From: Alphaproteobacteria bacterium
GTDB taxonomy: Bacteria > Pseudomonadota > Alphaproteobacteria > CAAHEQ01 > UBA3637
Reading direction: 5' to 3'
Assembly (NCBI GenBank): GCA_045660045.1
Contig: JAZRDB010000014.1
Span: 55,571-119,570, forward strand
DNA: 64,000 nt
Each line of letters begins with the position of its first letter. The first letter of the stretch is position 1. Below the pieces are notes generated by a model. It had not been told where the DNA came from and ran no database searches. It saw only the letters and a program-made list of their open reading frames with translations. Shown in pieces: positions 63,993-64,000 of the stretch. The translations under genes and the position numbers were made by a program.

Positions 63993-64000
63993 CTATGGAA

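Noticed and set aside
1-64000. I scanned the whole window for CRISPR arrays, IS elements or transposases, integrases, prophage genes, toxin-antitoxin pairs and rRNA.
   Set aside because: I noticed no regularly spaced direct repeats, no transposase, integrase or phage-like ORFs, and no rRNA signatures. A manual scan could miss short or degenerate elements.

Overview
The window is an AT-rich, gene-dense chromosomal segment. It reads as an alphaproteobacterium: GcrA, ParC, PpdK, pal-cpoB-tilS-ftsH synteny, SRP-RNA-dnaX synteny, and short-type Psd/PssA. It is probably host-associated, an inference from three decayed genes, a eukaryote-like LRR protein and several secreted orphan proteins.

All family calls come from motif recognition in the supplied translations and from manual reading of the DNA. 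No database search was possible.

Most of the window is housekeeping:
- DNA and nucleoid: hup, parC, polA, dnaX, nth, xseB.
- Translation and RNA modification: rpmE, rlmN, tilS, trmJ, trmB, tlyA.
- Central metabolism and proteostasis: ppdK, glgP, ftsH.
- Envelope, lipid and nucleotide metabolism: pssA-psd, mltG, fabF-acpP-fabG, ispA, gpsA, guaC.

There is one tRNA-Gln(CUG) and one SRP (4.5S) RNA. Many sigma70-like promoters with exact 17-bp spacers are readable, as are several clean rho-independent terminators. I saw no CRISPR array, IS element, transposase, integrase or prophage.

Regions I cannot explain with known families, most interesting first:
1. A self-contained two-gene operon (22705-26247, minus strand). 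It encodes a 590-aa protein with a prepilin-type N-terminus and a 566-aa membrane-anchored protein with a LamG-like C-terminal domain. No pilus machinery is nearby.
2. Two paralogous Pro/Gln-rich lipoproteins just upstream of pal. They share a C-terminal CPCxDPNDPCxxCYxK motif.
3. A secreted, very cysteine-rich protein with a duplicated 4-Cys module.
4. An A9 run in dnaX at the tau/gamma boundary, with stops close by in both alternative frames.
5. A GT39 / GT2 / YdjC / GtrA cluster that looks like a lipid-carrier-based envelope sugar-modification pathway.
6. Scattered partner-switching parts: a STAS protein, a HAMP-PP2C phosphatase, and possibly a degenerate GHKL-like domain fused to a MATE transporter.
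7. A small protein with a His/Cys-rich tail overlapping xseB.
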